A stretch of 64,000 nucleotides of DNA from Balamuthia mandrillaris (Eukaryota), in assembly GCA_031835245.2 (NCBI GenBank), contig JAVKOQ020000093.1, forward strand, positions 62,001 to 126,000, read 5' to 3'. The stretch's first letter is position 1. Every line of letters starts with the position of its first letter. Of the stretch, positions 38,237 to 51,937 are shown one piece after another. The position numbers and the translations under genes were made by a program. The notes under the pieces were generated by a model, which did no database searches, was not told where the DNA came from, and saw only the letters and a program-made list of their open reading frames with translations.

Positions 38237-38732
38237 ATGAAAACAAGGTTAGCACGAAAAGGAACAACGAGCGAGATTCTTGGTTGCGTTGTGCTTCTTC
38301 TTGTGTTCTCTCCAAAAAAAAAAAAAAAAAAAAAAAAACACACAATGGCTCACAAACAAAAAAAAGATTCCACATTCATTAAATCAAAAATTTGTTTTTT
38401 TTGTCCAATTCCAATATTTCGATATAATATTGGAATTATCGCGGATGAATATTTTGTCGACATAATCCTTCTGCGTGATTATTGCCGAGATATTTTACGG
38501 AAAATCGACAGAGATTCGCCAAATTATTGACATCAAATTATTTGTCGACAAAAAAGAAAGGAAAGAAAAAAGAAATTAAAAAGAAGAGGAGAAGAGAACA
38601 ACGACACTATTTTTTGTAAAAAAATAAACTTCTGCTGACCTTTCGCCACGGGTAGGGAGGGACAGCCGGGGAACAATGAGCAGTAGCTACTCTACCTCGT
38701 AAGAAGTAACCGAAAAACTGAATTTTAAAAAA

Positions 38733-41700
38733 ATGGAGACACCAACGAGAAAGAGAGCCAATACGAGAGGAGAGCAATCCACGGCCGGAGGGAGCGGTGG
38801 CAGCGGTAGTGGAGGCAGCGGAGGAGGTTGGTGGGGCTGGAAGCCACCCTCTTTGTTGCCAGCTCTTACGACTCTGGTCCAATCCATTGCCGGCACCGAA
38901 CCTGAGCCACAACGTACTCTCTCTCTTTCACTTCCTTCTCCTTCTCCTTCTCCTTCTCCTTCTCCTTCTCCTTCTCCTTCTCCTTCTCCTTCTCCTCCTT
39001 CTCCTTCTCCTTCTCCTTCTCCTTCTCCTTCTCCTTCTCCTTCTCCTTCTCCTTCTCCTTCTCCTTCTCCTTCTCCTTCTCCTTTCTCTCATTCTTTTCT
39101 TTTGCCTTCTTCTCGTTCTTCTTGTTCTTTTTGCTTTCTTCATACTTTCAACTTATCTCTGTCTTCTCATTTTTCTATTATTTTTTTGAACAGCTTACAT
39201 AAGCGAAGAAGCCAAAGAGGCAGTGGGCATCACGCCACAGCTGCTTGAGTTTGTGGAGAACGTGAGCGAGCATCCAACCACTTTTCTCAACTATCCTCTC
39301 TTCGACAGTGAAAACGAAAACGGGGACAAAGACTCTCACTACGACGATGAAGAGAAAGAAGAAGCAGAAAGTAACGCACGACGAAGGAGAGGATCGAGAG
39401 AACGGTTCGAGCTGACGGAAAAGCAAACGAGGCACGCCATATTGGTGCTAAGGCTAGTGCCCAAGTTAAGATACCTTCGGATGAGGCTGGTCCCGTATCA
39501 AATGGATGAGAGCATGTTTTGGAAAGTTTACTTTCGGCTCATTCATAAAAAGACACAAGGTAAGCTCTTGTGCTTGCTCTTCTTATGCTTCTTGTTCTTA
39601 TTCGTTGTTGTTCTGCTTTTCTCATTTTGTTGTTTGGTTTTTATATAGGAATTGATTGGAGTGATACGCCAAGTACTAGTACTTCGTCTAGTGATGAGGA
39701 AACGGAGCGCAACAGTAGAGTTCGCTTTAAGCGTCAACTTATCCTCTCCCCAGAGGATTCCAATGAAGAGGATACTGACATCTCTTCTATGGAAGGCGTT
39801 TCCTTGTTGGAGATTTCTGCTCTCCAACAGTTTGTTTCTCTCTCCAATCTCGTTTATTCTGGTGGTTAAGCCTAACTTTTTGTTTTATTTTGTATAGAGA
39901 ATGGGAAAAACCAAAGAGCAACTTTATTCAACGCAACTTGTCCCGACTAGAGAAAGCCATGCCAACATGGAAGGTTTGGTCTCTCTCTCTCATCTCTCTT
40001 TGCTCTGCTCTCTTTTATCTCCTTCCTCCCTTCGCTCTCACTCTCTTCTACCATTTTCAGTAACTGAAAAAAACCAGTTCAACAAGGATACTATGGCCGA
40101 GTGGGAGGACTATGTTATGACCGGGAAAGAGCCGTCACGCCTCCTTGCCACCCAATTCTTAGAGCTCATTCATAAAGGCATCGCTGATTCTCATCGACAT
40201 TGGGTTTGTTCACCTTTTTTTTTCTTTCTTCCTTTTCCATCTCTCTAGTAATGCAAATGCCAAATAGATGTGGGCAGGTCTTTGTGGTTGTCTTACTTTC
40301 AAGGAAAAATATCCCAACTTCTATTTGATTGCCTTACAACGAGTATTCGCCCCTGAAACAAGCAGCAACATAAAAGGCAGCTCTTCTTCCACCTTTCGCT
40401 CCTTCTCTGTTCCGGCTTGCTATCCCCGCGTTCCTCTTTTTGGTGGGCTCTTTGTGGGCTATCAACATTTGTTGTCACCAGAAGACTTAGCAGCCGCCAA
40501 ACGTATATTAGTGGTGTTGGCCATCGAGAATGCTTGTTGTAACTATGTGCCCGTTCTGCCAGACTTGGTCTGCATGTTGCTGCATTACCTCACGGAACCT
40601 CAAGTTTATACCTGCGTTCATCTTATGCTGAACAGGATCAGCATTCCTCCACCACAAATTCCTTCTTTTGGAGAAGGCAGATCTCCTTCTTTTTCTGCTT
40701 CATCATCCACAGCACGATCCCGAAGTATGTCAAGTTCAAAGGAGAATGGCAGGAGAATGTCAGAAGAGACAGATAGAGAGAGAGGCAGAGAAAGGGAAAC
40801 TCGACGAAGTTTGAGCATGGCGACAGAGCAACAAGAAGGGAGACAAGGACTGAGGAGAAGCAGAGATTCAATATCATCCTCACAGTCAAAATCTACTTCT
40901 AGAGAAAGGCCACGAAGCGCTTCCTCTGAGAGATCAAGGGCGGACTCATTCTCTTCTTTCTTTGGTGGCGGAATGCGGCAGAGAGAAGTTCGTCGTTCCC
41001 CTTCTTCTCTATCTTCTTCCCCTGCTTCTTCTTTTGAAGACGCAAGAGATGATGATGAAGACAAACAAGTTGCACATTCGTTGGCAATGGCCTACTTCCC
41101 TAAAACGTTAGCGGAACACGTTCTCTTCACGATGTCGTTCATGAGCTGCTTTGAACACAATTTGCCAGAGCTGAATCAACGTTGGATCATCACCTCGTTT
41201 TCTTTGTTTTTTAACGTTGTTTGCTAACTGGTAATACAGGAGTGAAGGCGCTTGGAGCAGAAGAACTAGTAAAAGAAGAAGTCACCCTTTGGTTTGACAG
41301 ACTCTTTGTTCCTATCCTTACTTTCCAGGTTTATATTCGCTTTTCTGTCTCTTCTCTTTCCCTCTTCTCTGCTTCTCTCTCTCTTTTTCTCTCTCTCTCT
41401 CTCTCTTGCTCGCTCTTTCGTTTGCTAAATACTTTGATCTTTTTTCACTCAATCAGTTAACGTTACGAGTATTTGATAACTATCTGAGCCAAGGTCCACC
41501 TTTTCTCTATCGAATGGCCTTGGCCTGCCTTCAACACTGCCAAGAACAGCTGCTGGCATGCGAGTCCGCTCTTCAGCTCATAACCTGCCTCCGAAGAGAG
41601 ATTCGCAGCTGCGTGGAGGCAAAAGACAAGGACAACATGAGCGCCCTCTTGCAAAGAGCTCATTTCTTCGGGCGAGAGGTAAACTTTAGAACGGTGGGGG

Positions 41701-42516
41701 AGTGGCACGCGGAGAATGCCAGGCTACACAAGGACTCTTTGGAGCATGTGGAGGATCCCTTCTTGACGCTGTCCTATACCCCAAAGCCCGATGCGCCCTC
41801 TACTATAATTGACAGCAAGCAGGTTTGTTTTTTTTTTTTTCTTTGCATACTTTCAGTTCTCTCTCTCGCTGTTGCTTTTTTCTAATGTTTTTATTCTTCT
41901 TTAAACTGTTGCAGTTTGGGGTGGTGTGGCAGTGGATTCCCTCCCGCTATAGAATAAGTGATGTGAAGCGGGTCTACAGCAATGCGGAGCACGGCTGCAG
42001 CCTCATTACCCTCTATCAACGGTGCAGCAAAGCCGCTCCTAATCTTTTGCTCATCAAAACACAAAACAATGATGTAAGTTTCCTTTCTCCCCTTCTTTTA
42101 TTTCTTCTTGTTCTTGTTCCTCTTATTCTTGTTCTTCTTCCTTCTTCGTCTTCCTTTGGATGATTGCTTACATTTTTTTTCAGATATTTGGAGCATATTG
42201 CTCTGACGGCTGGAAGAAGAGCAAACAGTTCTACGGCAGCGGCGAATGCTTTGTCTTCACGCTGCACCCACAAGTCCGCAAGTTCAGTTGGCAGCAACGA
42301 CCCAACGCGAGCAACAACGATTTGTTCATGATGGGAGAGGACAGCGGGCTAAGCGTGGGCGGAGGAGGCGAAGGCCCGGCGCTCTTCCTCGACTCGGAGC
42401 TGTGGCATGGGCACACCTTTGCCTCGGGCACGTTCTTCAACGACCCCTTGACGGGAGCAACGGGCAACAAGGACTTTACTTGTTTGGCTGTTGAGATTTA
42501 TACTCTTGTAGATTAG
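38733..42516 (+). CDS. BSD + atypical TBC + TLDc protein (TBC1D24/Skywalker-like), multi-exon
   Basis: BSD: LRYLRMRLVPYQMDESMFWKVYF. TBC: LIHKGIADSHR, LRVFDNYLSQGPPFLYRMALA. TLDc: HGCSLITLY, IFGAY, FYGSGECFVF, GLSVGGG, ALFLDSEL. Confidence 0.88.
38932..39082. repeat. (CCTTCT)n intronic microsatellite
   Basis: Visible hexamer array in intron 1 of the BSD-TBC-TLDc gene. Confidence 0.95.
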
Positions 42517-42780
42517 TTTTTCTTCTCTTCTCTTCTCTATTCTTTCGTATGTTGATTACCGTAAATTTTTATTCGCCAATCTATCAAAAATATCCGAAAG
42601 TACGTCGACAATATATCCATGTTTGGTAAAGTTTCAGAATCTCAGCCAATCGGGAAATTTTCGGAGGTTTACACGACCCGAAATATTTTGATACATTACG
42701 GCGATAATTGAAAAAACGGACCTGGCAGGAAAGAAAGATATTAAAAAATATATAAATAAAAAAGAAGAGAGGCGAAGCGA

Positions 42781-45700
42781 ATGGAAAAAGAAGCGAAAGA
42801 GGAGCAAGGCCTCCCACGTGAACCTGGTGGAGAAGAGGTTGGTGGCGGCAAGGATAGAGCCGACGAGCCGCCACCCCAAGAGAAAAAACTGAAAGAGAAA
42901 GCAGCCAAAGAGCCCATGCATAGCAGCAACCCTCTGGAGGTGGACGCCCCTCAACCCTCCCCCAACGAACCCACCAACTCTGTGCACACGACAACGACGA
43001 CCACTACCACTACTACGGCCATGGCCAAAGGGGTCCTGCCAACCACCACCACCACCACCGCCGCAAAGAAGAAGGACCCACCAGAGACAGCAAGCATTGC
43101 CTTGGCCTCCTCCGTTATCGTTCCCTCCAAAAAAGACAAAGAGAAAGAAAAGGTTTTGCTCTCTTCGGACTCGATCACCACTTCTTCCTCTTCTTCCACT
43201 TCATCCTCTTCTGCCTCTTCCTCATCCGTCATTTCGCCACGTGGCTCCGAGAGCGGTAGCAGCAGCAGCAGCAACGTGGGCGGCGAGGAAAAGCCCAAAC
43301 GAAAGAGACGCCCCTCCTTCAACTTTAGTTTTCGTGCCAACAACAACAACACCATCACCGTCGCCGAGCCGCTCAAGGGGGCCGAGGAGGAGGACGTACC
43401 CGTCGAAGCCACGGCCACAACGGCCTCCACCACGCCCGCGGAGGACGGCGCCACGGAGGCAACCGCCGCGGCGGAGGCAGCAGCCGATGGAGACAAAGGG
43501 GATGAGGAGCAACAAGGCTTCATTCGGCAGCTGAACGTCGATAAGCGGCTGGAACACTTTCAGCTGGCCGTGGCGAGGGCCTTTGCCAAAGTGGCCAGCG
43601 AGGCCTCCAAACGGACCTCCAAGCATCGCAAGGCCGTTGTTCCCTCTTCTTCTGCTTCCGCACCTCCTGCCTCTTCTTCCTCTGTTGCTTCTTCTTCTCT
43701 TGCTTCTTCTCTCTTAAGCGTTCCTGAGCCAGAGCATAACGGATCGACTTCTTCGAGACAAGAGGACTTGGAGCATCGGTTGAGCACTTCGTTGCGACAG
43801 ATCATAGAGAAGAGCGGTAACGAGCAGGAGAAGGAGGAGGCGCTGGTTAGGCTCTTCTCGGCCTCGCTGGGTAGTTTCATTTCAGAGCAGATCGACACAG
43901 AGACGGAGGAGATCCGCTATGTCAAGCGGCAGACCTCGGTGAGGGCTAAGCGAGGGCAGAGCCTCTTGAAGAAGTTCGGCTCGTTGAGGAAGCCCGTCGT
44001 GACAGGGGAGGGAGAGCGAGGAGAAAGAAGTGGGAGCGGAAGTGAGGGGTCGCCGCAGATTGTGCGAGCTACTTCTCCTGGTATTACAAGAGCCGAGAGT
44101 CATAGGTTTGGTGTCACTGTTCTTTGTTTTTCTTCTTCATTCTTCTTCTTCTTCTCCGTCTTATATTAATATGTATTTAAGCCATGAGGAAACAAGTGTG
44201 CCAGAGAATGACCAAGGCAGTGGCACTAAAGGAGATGAGCACACGACTGGCTCCAGTGAGAAACAGACTGCAGAACATTTTGCTTACCAAGAAGCACTGA
44301 AGGTGGACGAAAATCATGCTCTTCGGGTTGTTACCTCTCTCGTGTATTTTGCCCTTACATTTGCTTATTGCGTTACTTAACCTGAAACAGTATCGAGGGT
44401 TGTATGGAATCTTCAAGAAGTTTGCTGCTCCTGCTGTGGTAGAAGTTGAAAACAAAAATCTCATTTATTCCTCTCTCACTCTTTTGGTATCTCTCTCTCA
44501 CCTCTTCTTGAAGTTCCTTCTTGTCACTATGCTTATACTCTTTCCTTCTGCCCCGCAGGAAAGCATTCCGCTCGCCAACAACAGAGTAGAATGCAAGCTT
44601 TCCGCAACAGTACCTCGCGTTCTCTTCGGACAAGGCCAACACCAACAAGAAGGATGGCCACTCGACATTTTTCCTGCTGATGCCAACAACACCAGCCACC
44701 ATAACAATTTAAACAATAGCAGTTCTCCTCCTCCTCCTCCATCTACAGGAAATGGAGAAGGGGAGCAGAGTTCTTCATCTGAGTCAGACTCTTTGCTAAA
44801 GTTGGCTTTAGATTCAAGGGATGACATGCTGCGGTGGTACTTTTGTTTAGAAACAAGAAAGGAAATGGCGGAAGCGCAGATGAGTCAATTGGAGGAAGAG
44901 GAGCAGGTGGATCTGCCTGTGGATGCGGTGAGAGGCTTTGTTTGGGTCAAGTACGTGCCAAGGCTACAGGCCAGGATCAAGAACAAGTATTGGTATCGGT
45001 GTTACTGCATTGCCACTCGCAATCGCATCGAACTCTTTCGACTGAAACATGTGGTAAGTTCATCCTCTGTTTATTCTCTTTCAGTTCTATGAGTTCAAAG
45101 CTATCTATTTTGCCTTATCTGAGTCAGTTCTTTTTGTCCATTTTTTTGGCAACTAATTTCTCTCTTTCTCTTTCTCTCTCTCTCTCTCTCTCTTTCTATC
45201 TCTCCCCCTCGTTTGAAGATGGTGATACCACTGCAAAGCATAGGTACAATAGAGATTAACCGTTTGAAAGAGTCACCACCTCACATGCGGTGGGGCAAGA
45301 AATATCGTAACGTCATTCTCAGCTCATCTTCCACCACGAGCGGTCCTCAAAGCTCCTCTTCCTCCATAGCAACTGTTTGCGCTCTTTCTAATCTATCCAA
45401 TGGTTCTAGTTCTTCGTCCTCTTCTTCCTCTTCCTCTTCTACTGCCTCTTCAGCTTCAGCAGCTAGTTCTCCCTCTATGCCTAATCTGATGGAACACCAA
45501 ACGAACAAATGGCCATATATCAGCGAGGAACTCGCCTTTCGTAACGAGATCATCATTCACCACAACAACAGACCGAAGAAAGCACTGCTCCACATTTACA
45601 ATTCTTGCTCAGAGGAGGTGAAATGCTTGAAAGACACTATTCTCATCAATCGCAAACGCGCTTGCACACAAGAGCTTTGCGCTTCTTCTTCGTCATCCTC

Positions 45701-48164
45701 TTCCTCACCCTCGTCATCGGCTTCTTCGGCAACTTCTCCGGTTGTTATATGTGATGCGAGAACAGGAAAGACCACAACAGCGCCATGGAAGACCATTTTG
45801 GATGAGAAGAAATCAAGAGGAGAGCACACAGTGGAAGGCAGAGAGTGGGAGCTCACCAAAGGAGTACAGCTGCGTAACTTTATTCGCGATGCGAAGGAGA
45901 TGGCCGAGAGGGAAACTGGTATTTCGGACCGTACGGTCTTTTTACTTTGTCATTGGGATTTTGCATATCCTTTTGCTTCTTTTAACTCTTCTCTCTCTTT
46001 CTCTTTCTCTCTTTCAATAGGGGGAATGTTACCCACAGAAGTAATACGTAAGTTTTCTTCTCATTCTTTCTTTTCTTTTCTTATTTTTTTTTTCGGTTCT
46101 GCTCTCTCTTCCCTTTGAAAAACTGAACGCTTTATCGTTGCATAACAGCTGCCCCAGATGGACGACTGCGGATATTGAGCTTGGATGGAGGAGGTCTTCG
46201 TTGCGTCATCGAACTGGTTATCTTGATTCGGTTGTTGAAGATCTTTCCGGACCTGTTGCAACATTTTGACCTTGTATCTGGGGTATCAGGTGGTGCTATC
46301 AACTTATCTCTTCTTACCACTGGTACCCTACTCTCTTTCTTTCAAAAGTTTATATCTTGTCTCATTTATTTTAATACTAACAAACAAAACATGCATACAA
46401 AAATTATAGGCCATGCACCAGGATGGGCGCTGCATCTATTGGGTGGAATAGCGCCTTATCTCTTCGGCAAGGACAGACAAAAGGCAGCATCTGTCAAGGG
46501 GCTTAGCGTACGCAAGGCTAAATATGAGCACACCACAATGCGTATCTTTGGAGAGGAAGTGTTTCCAGGTTCGACATTCTCTCTCTCTCTCTCTCTCTCT
46601 CTCGCTCTCTCTCTCGCTCTTGCTGTGGTGCTGTTGCAATGCTTATCTGTCTATTTTGTTATTAAACAGATGTTACTTTGGAAAACATACAAAGGCCCAT
46701 TCTTCTTACTTCGTTTTGTCTTGACAACAAAAAGGGTTGCGATGAGCGATCATGGTAATATAGCCAGCATTCATTTTTCCCTATTTGTGTGTGTTATTCT
46801 TACTCTCCTGTATCATGTAGGGAACCACGAGTCTATCACAACGTACCACTGGCAGATCATCCGCATTACCACCACCAAAGCTACTCCACTGACGATTGGT
46901 CATGGGCACCTTCCGTTGTACGTATTTTGCTCTTCTTTTGTTTCGCCTATTTTCATCCCCTATCGAACTGCTTCTATTCCTGCTTGGTGTCCTTCCTATA
47001 TTCGTTCTCTGCTACACCATCTCTGTTCCCCTCCTTTTTATTTCTTTTGTAGTTTTAATGGTTTTGGTTGTGTAGGAGGACCTCAGTACACCGTTATGGG
47101 ATCTTGTCACGCGCTCTGCCTCTGCTCCGACATTCTTTCCTAGCTTTCAAAGCCACATTGATGGCGGCATATTTACCAACAGTATGTCATCTTCCTTCTT
47201 TGCTGTTCACCTCTCTCTCCCTCTCCCTCTCCCTCTCCCTCCTCACACACACTTTTTTCTTCCCTCAAAGACCCGGCACTTGCTTCGATCAGTATCATGA
47301 TGAGCCCTTTCGTGAAGAAGCCCTACGAAGCTAAAGACATCCACGTGTTGTCGCTAGGCACCGGCAGAATTCGACAATTCATTCCAGGTTCTTTCCTTCT
47401 CTCCCCTTCTCCCCTCCTCTGTTCCCCTCCTTCCCTCCTCTCCTCCTCTCCTCTCCTCCTCTATTCCTCTCCTCTACTCCTCTCTTCCACTCCTTTCTTC
47501 GTCCACCAACTCCTCACCATTCAACCACTGTACCTTCAACAACGAAACAGGACGAAAGCATGACTGGGGGCTTATCCAGTGGGGTCCGAAGCTCACCGAG
47601 CTGCTCTTCCAATCGCACGACGCCTACGGCATGGGCGTGTGCCAGACCCTCCTCGGGGAGAACTTCCACAGGGCCAACCCCATCCTGGACAAGGCCTACC
47701 CCATGGACGACCCCCACGTCATCCCCCTCTTGGAGAAGCTGGCCAACCGGATGGACCTCACCGAGACCATCGAATGGATCAGGGTGCACATCTACGGGCA
47801 AGCAGAGAACAACGACCCGAAGAAGAAGAAGGGCGTCGTCGAGGGGAACAGACGGAAGAAAGCGGCGCTCAAGAAGAAGGCCTCCAAAAGGAAACAGGGT
47901 CGCAAGAAGGTGGAGCTCCATTCCGAGCCAAACCGCTCCGCCGGCGGTGCTGATGCCAAGGCCAAAGCCGGAAGGGAGGACCAAGAAAAGAAAGGCGACC
48001 CCGCGCTGACAGTTGTAGACCCATCCAAACCGAAGCGCAAAAAGGGAAAGAAGAAGAAGAACGGGGCGAATCATTGGGGAGATTCGGCGTGGTACTCATC
48101 CACCGGTACCTGGGATCTGTCCAGATTTCAGGCAGATCAACAGACCAAGCAGACGGACACCTAA
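42781..48164 (+). CDS. Patatin-like phospholipase with N-terminal low-complexity region, two PH-like domains and a Lys-rich tail, multi-exon
   Basis: LRILSLDGGGLR oxyanion loop; GVSGG nucleophile; SAPTFF; HIDGG near 47155; VLSLGTG. PH-like DSRDDMLRWYFCL and RGFVWVK...WYRCYC. Confidence 0.82.
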
Positions 48165-48427
48165 AACTGAAATCACGCCATTCTGTAAATTAAGTCGTGG
48201 TGTACATAGATAGAAGGCGCATCCCTTCAGCCGGGACCATTTTTACCATATTTGGAAAATTAACTTCCGAACCATCCTGATCCTTTTGCGCAAAGACCGA
48301 GATGGCGACCTTAAAGGAAAGATTTCTTTGATTTTACCCTCGAATTTCGTTTTCGCAGCTTTAACCTGCGGATAAACTTTGCGGAGCATCGGTCCCAGCG
48401 AGTCGGCCTTTGATGGGTTATTTGTGG

Positions 48428-48511
48428 ATGGTAAGACCTGAATGAAACCTTCTTTCGCCTCCCAATAAAATTTCGGCTAACTGTAATCCTTTTTTTTTTC
48501 CTCATCTTCCA

Positions 48512-48546
<35 letters not shown>

Positions 48547-49280
48547 ATTCCCAAAGAACGAGGATGTTGGGAGTAGCGACAGTGACTGCGACGCAGTAGC
48601 GTTGCTGGCCGGAAACAAGGCGGCCTCATCGGGGGCACCCTACTACTACTTTTCTGGGGAGGAGGAGTCTCCCCCTTCTTCTTATTACTCTTCTTCTTCG
48701 GATTGCTCATCTGCTTCCTCATCCCCCGTCCACAGCAGTACGCCCCACTCTCCTCCTAGGGTGTCACCCCCTCCCACTCCGGACCCAAGCCACTCAGCAC
48801 CTTCGGCCACTTTCTCAGCTTCAGCATCTTCTGCTTCCTCCTCATCCACTTTCACCACATCTTCCTCCACTGTTTCCAGGAAACGGTCCAAGGATGCCAG
48901 CACACGACACCCTGGAGTGCAAAAGTCCCTCGGCAAGACCTCCCACAACAAGCAGGCACGGAAGGAGGCCAAAGAGGGCGGACCCTGGCAACACACCCAA
49001 CGGCTGGTGTTGACGGTGCGCACCTGCGACAAATGCAAAACCCAAAACACTCCCGAGTGGCGGAAGGGACCCAACGGCCCTGGAACGTACGTCTTCATGT
49101 TGTTGTTGTCCCAGCCGCAAAACAGGAAAGCTCACGCTGTATTCTTGTTTCCTTTTCTCCAGGCTATGCAATGCTTGTGGTCTGCAATATCGGCGGAGTC
49201 TCAGGCAGAAACAAAAGGAGAAGCAACAGGATGACGACAGGATACGTTCCACGCTTTCCATTTCGTCCCTCTTGAACTGA
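48428..49280 (+). CDS. GATA zinc-finger transcription factor (C-X2-C-X18-C-X2-C); probable exons 48428-48430, 48557-49086, 49163-49280
   Basis: CDKC-KTQNTPEWRKGPNGPGTL-CNACGLQYRR formed across the 49087-49162 intron. The ATG-only first exon is inferred from ATG|GTAAG and an in-frame acceptor. Confidence 0.88.
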
Positions 49281-49763
49281 TGAGGCTGAGCGGTTGTAAA
49301 TACAAATGCTTTTTTTTTTCATGAAAACGGGACCCTGTTTTTTTTTTTTTTTTTGTGGGGGGGGTCTTGCACGAAAACTTGGGAGTGTGTCACAACCCTT
49401 CTCTCTCTGTTTTTATTTTTTGAACCCCACCCGTTTTTCTGGGTTTGCTGTGCTCTCTCTCCCTTCATCTCTTCTCTTTCTTTTGCATAGATCAGATGAA
49501 TAATTATTATACCTTTGATTGATCAATAGATTAGATCATAATTTTTGACAACCTACGATGTGTAACGTTATGTAATAGGCTACTTTTAGCCTAAATTTCG
49601 TTTTAAAGATGCTTGATTCTGATTGGCTTCCGGAGTTTTCAAGATTTTAGCTTTAAAAAGGAAAAGTTTAACTTGACGGTTCAAATTTTTAATGAGACAA
49701 AGGGGGAACTAACAAAGGCCAGAGGAAGGGAAGGAAGGAAGGAGGATTCGAAAGTAGAGGAAG

Positions 49764-51899
49764 ATGAGAAGCTGGGTTCTCCCTCTCGCTTTGGTTCTGT
49801 TGTTGGGGGTTTGCCTTGCAGCGGCGGCGAAAGCTTCATCCAGCAAGAAGATCGCCGAGGAGGAGGCGAAAAGTTTGGAGGTGGAGTACAAAGATGGTTA
49901 CAGATTCGGCGGGGCCGCGGCGCGTAATCGAAAGCTCTCCAAAGAGGAACGAACGAAATCGCAATACGACGACATGAGAAAGTGGTTTTTGGGCACGAGG
50001 AATAAACACGCATTAGAGAAAAAACCACAAGATGACGCTATCAACAAAGCAACGAGAGCGGTTGGCGTTCTCACTGGACTGACTTCTGCCGTCGCTGATG
50101 AGTGCTTCAACGGCACCAGCTTCGAGACTGGAGCCCCAAATTGCACGGCCACCGGCTTCACTCCCAAATGGACTGAAGGCCAGACGAGCACAATCGCCAT
50201 CCACGAGGGCAACAACACCATCTGGTTCGGTACAGCAACCAACCCGTTCTGCCCGGATGAACCCCTCTACTGGGATTTCTACCAGCTCGACACTGTCCTG
50301 CTGCTAGCCGGGGTCATGGGAGGGTCGTTCTATGAGACCATCGTCGCATCCGCTTTGGAGAACTTTGCCGGGTTAGGACTGGCCTTACCTGAGGGAGTGG
50401 ATTGCAGCGACATAGACAAAGAGCCCGTCATCTATGCCTTCGATCACACGATCGGTACAGTAGTTAGATACACCTCCGGCGACACGGGTTTCGAGGCTCT
50501 GGCCGATATGAAGAGTGTAGCGGCCGCTGGCACCTTTGGGGACTACATCTACTTTGCTGGGCCGAGCCAGGCCGGAGTCGTCTTCATGGTCATCCACGCT
50601 CCTTCCCATACGGTAGCTGCCACGATTAGTGACAGCTCCCTGCGCACCTGTAGGAGGTTCATCGAAGCTCCAGGCGGTCTCTACGCTGGTTGCGTTCATA
50701 ACGAAGATGGCACGGGAGCGATCCTTCGGTTCAACAACTCAGGTAGCTCCACCTTTGCTATCGTGGGCCGGATCCCCACTTCTCCTTTCGATATGACGCT
50801 GCACGACGATCGTATCTTTGTCACAACTTGGCCCAATGATAAGGATTCCTTCTTTTTCCAGAGGCGCTCTGGTGCGTAACTGTTCCATGTGATAGAGAGC
50901 GAGGGAGAAAGCGCAAGAAGAAGAAATGAGTGAGGTAAACCAGCTAGCGAGATAGAGCAAGACATAAAGACCAAGCAAGAAACAGACGAAAGTAGACAAG
51001 AACAATTGCACAAGAGAGGGAGAAAAAAGAGGTGGAAGCAAGCTCAAGAAAATGCTAACCAGTTTTTTCCACTATATCTTATTTGAGCAGAGCTCACTGT
51101 GGAAGAAAGGTCTATTTTGGAGACGAGGTTGGTGTATGGATGAGCCCTGACTTGTTGGCCGAGGACGCTAACCCTGGCCTGGAAGATTCCGATAACTTCA
51201 AATGGAATCAGGTGTGGAGGGTTTCCGACTATGAGCCTGACAGGGTGGTTGCCGTCGCCTACCACATGGGCGCCATCGCCTCCTTTGACGGCTGGCTTTA
51301 TTTTGGCACCATCAATCCTCCTGCTTTGCCCATCGCAGCCCATAGTTCAAGATATGGCTTTTCAGGTTTGTTCCCTCTTGTCGTTGTCTTTCATCTTGTT
51401 GCTTCTGTGGCTTACATCTCAATACACACTTGGTGGCGGTATCTGTCCTCGATATCTGTCCTCATCTTGTTCTTCCTCATTCTTCCTTTGTTTTATATTT
51501 CTCGCTTCAGAGGTCTCTGGTAATGAGCTTCTGGATCGCTTGTTGGTCATGCTGGGTACGCTCCGCGGCAGCATCATCGTCCGAGGCCGTACCTTTGGAG
51601 ACCCCATTCTCCTTCCTGAGTACCAGCTTGTCTCTGGCAGCCCCTTCCTGACCGTCTACAATCCCGCCGTGGGCTGGCTGCTTCGCGAGAACAACATGGG
51701 CTTGACTCAGGGAGGCTTTCCTCGCAGCGGCCTCAACGGGTTGGACAACTACTGGAACTCTCATATCTGGTCGATGGCAACCCTGAACTCCTCTTTGCTC
51801 ATTGGTACTTTGGATTGGTCGGCCATTTACCTCAACTTCCTGGAAGCTGGTATCGACGCAGATATTGCTGACGGTAGCTTTTTCCCTCTTTTATAAAGA

Positions 51900-51937
<38 letters not shown>

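Noticed and set aside
38797..39189. Poly-Leu, poly-Arg and (SP)n ORFs
   Set aside because: Translations of the (CCTTCT)n repeat inside a GT-AG intron.
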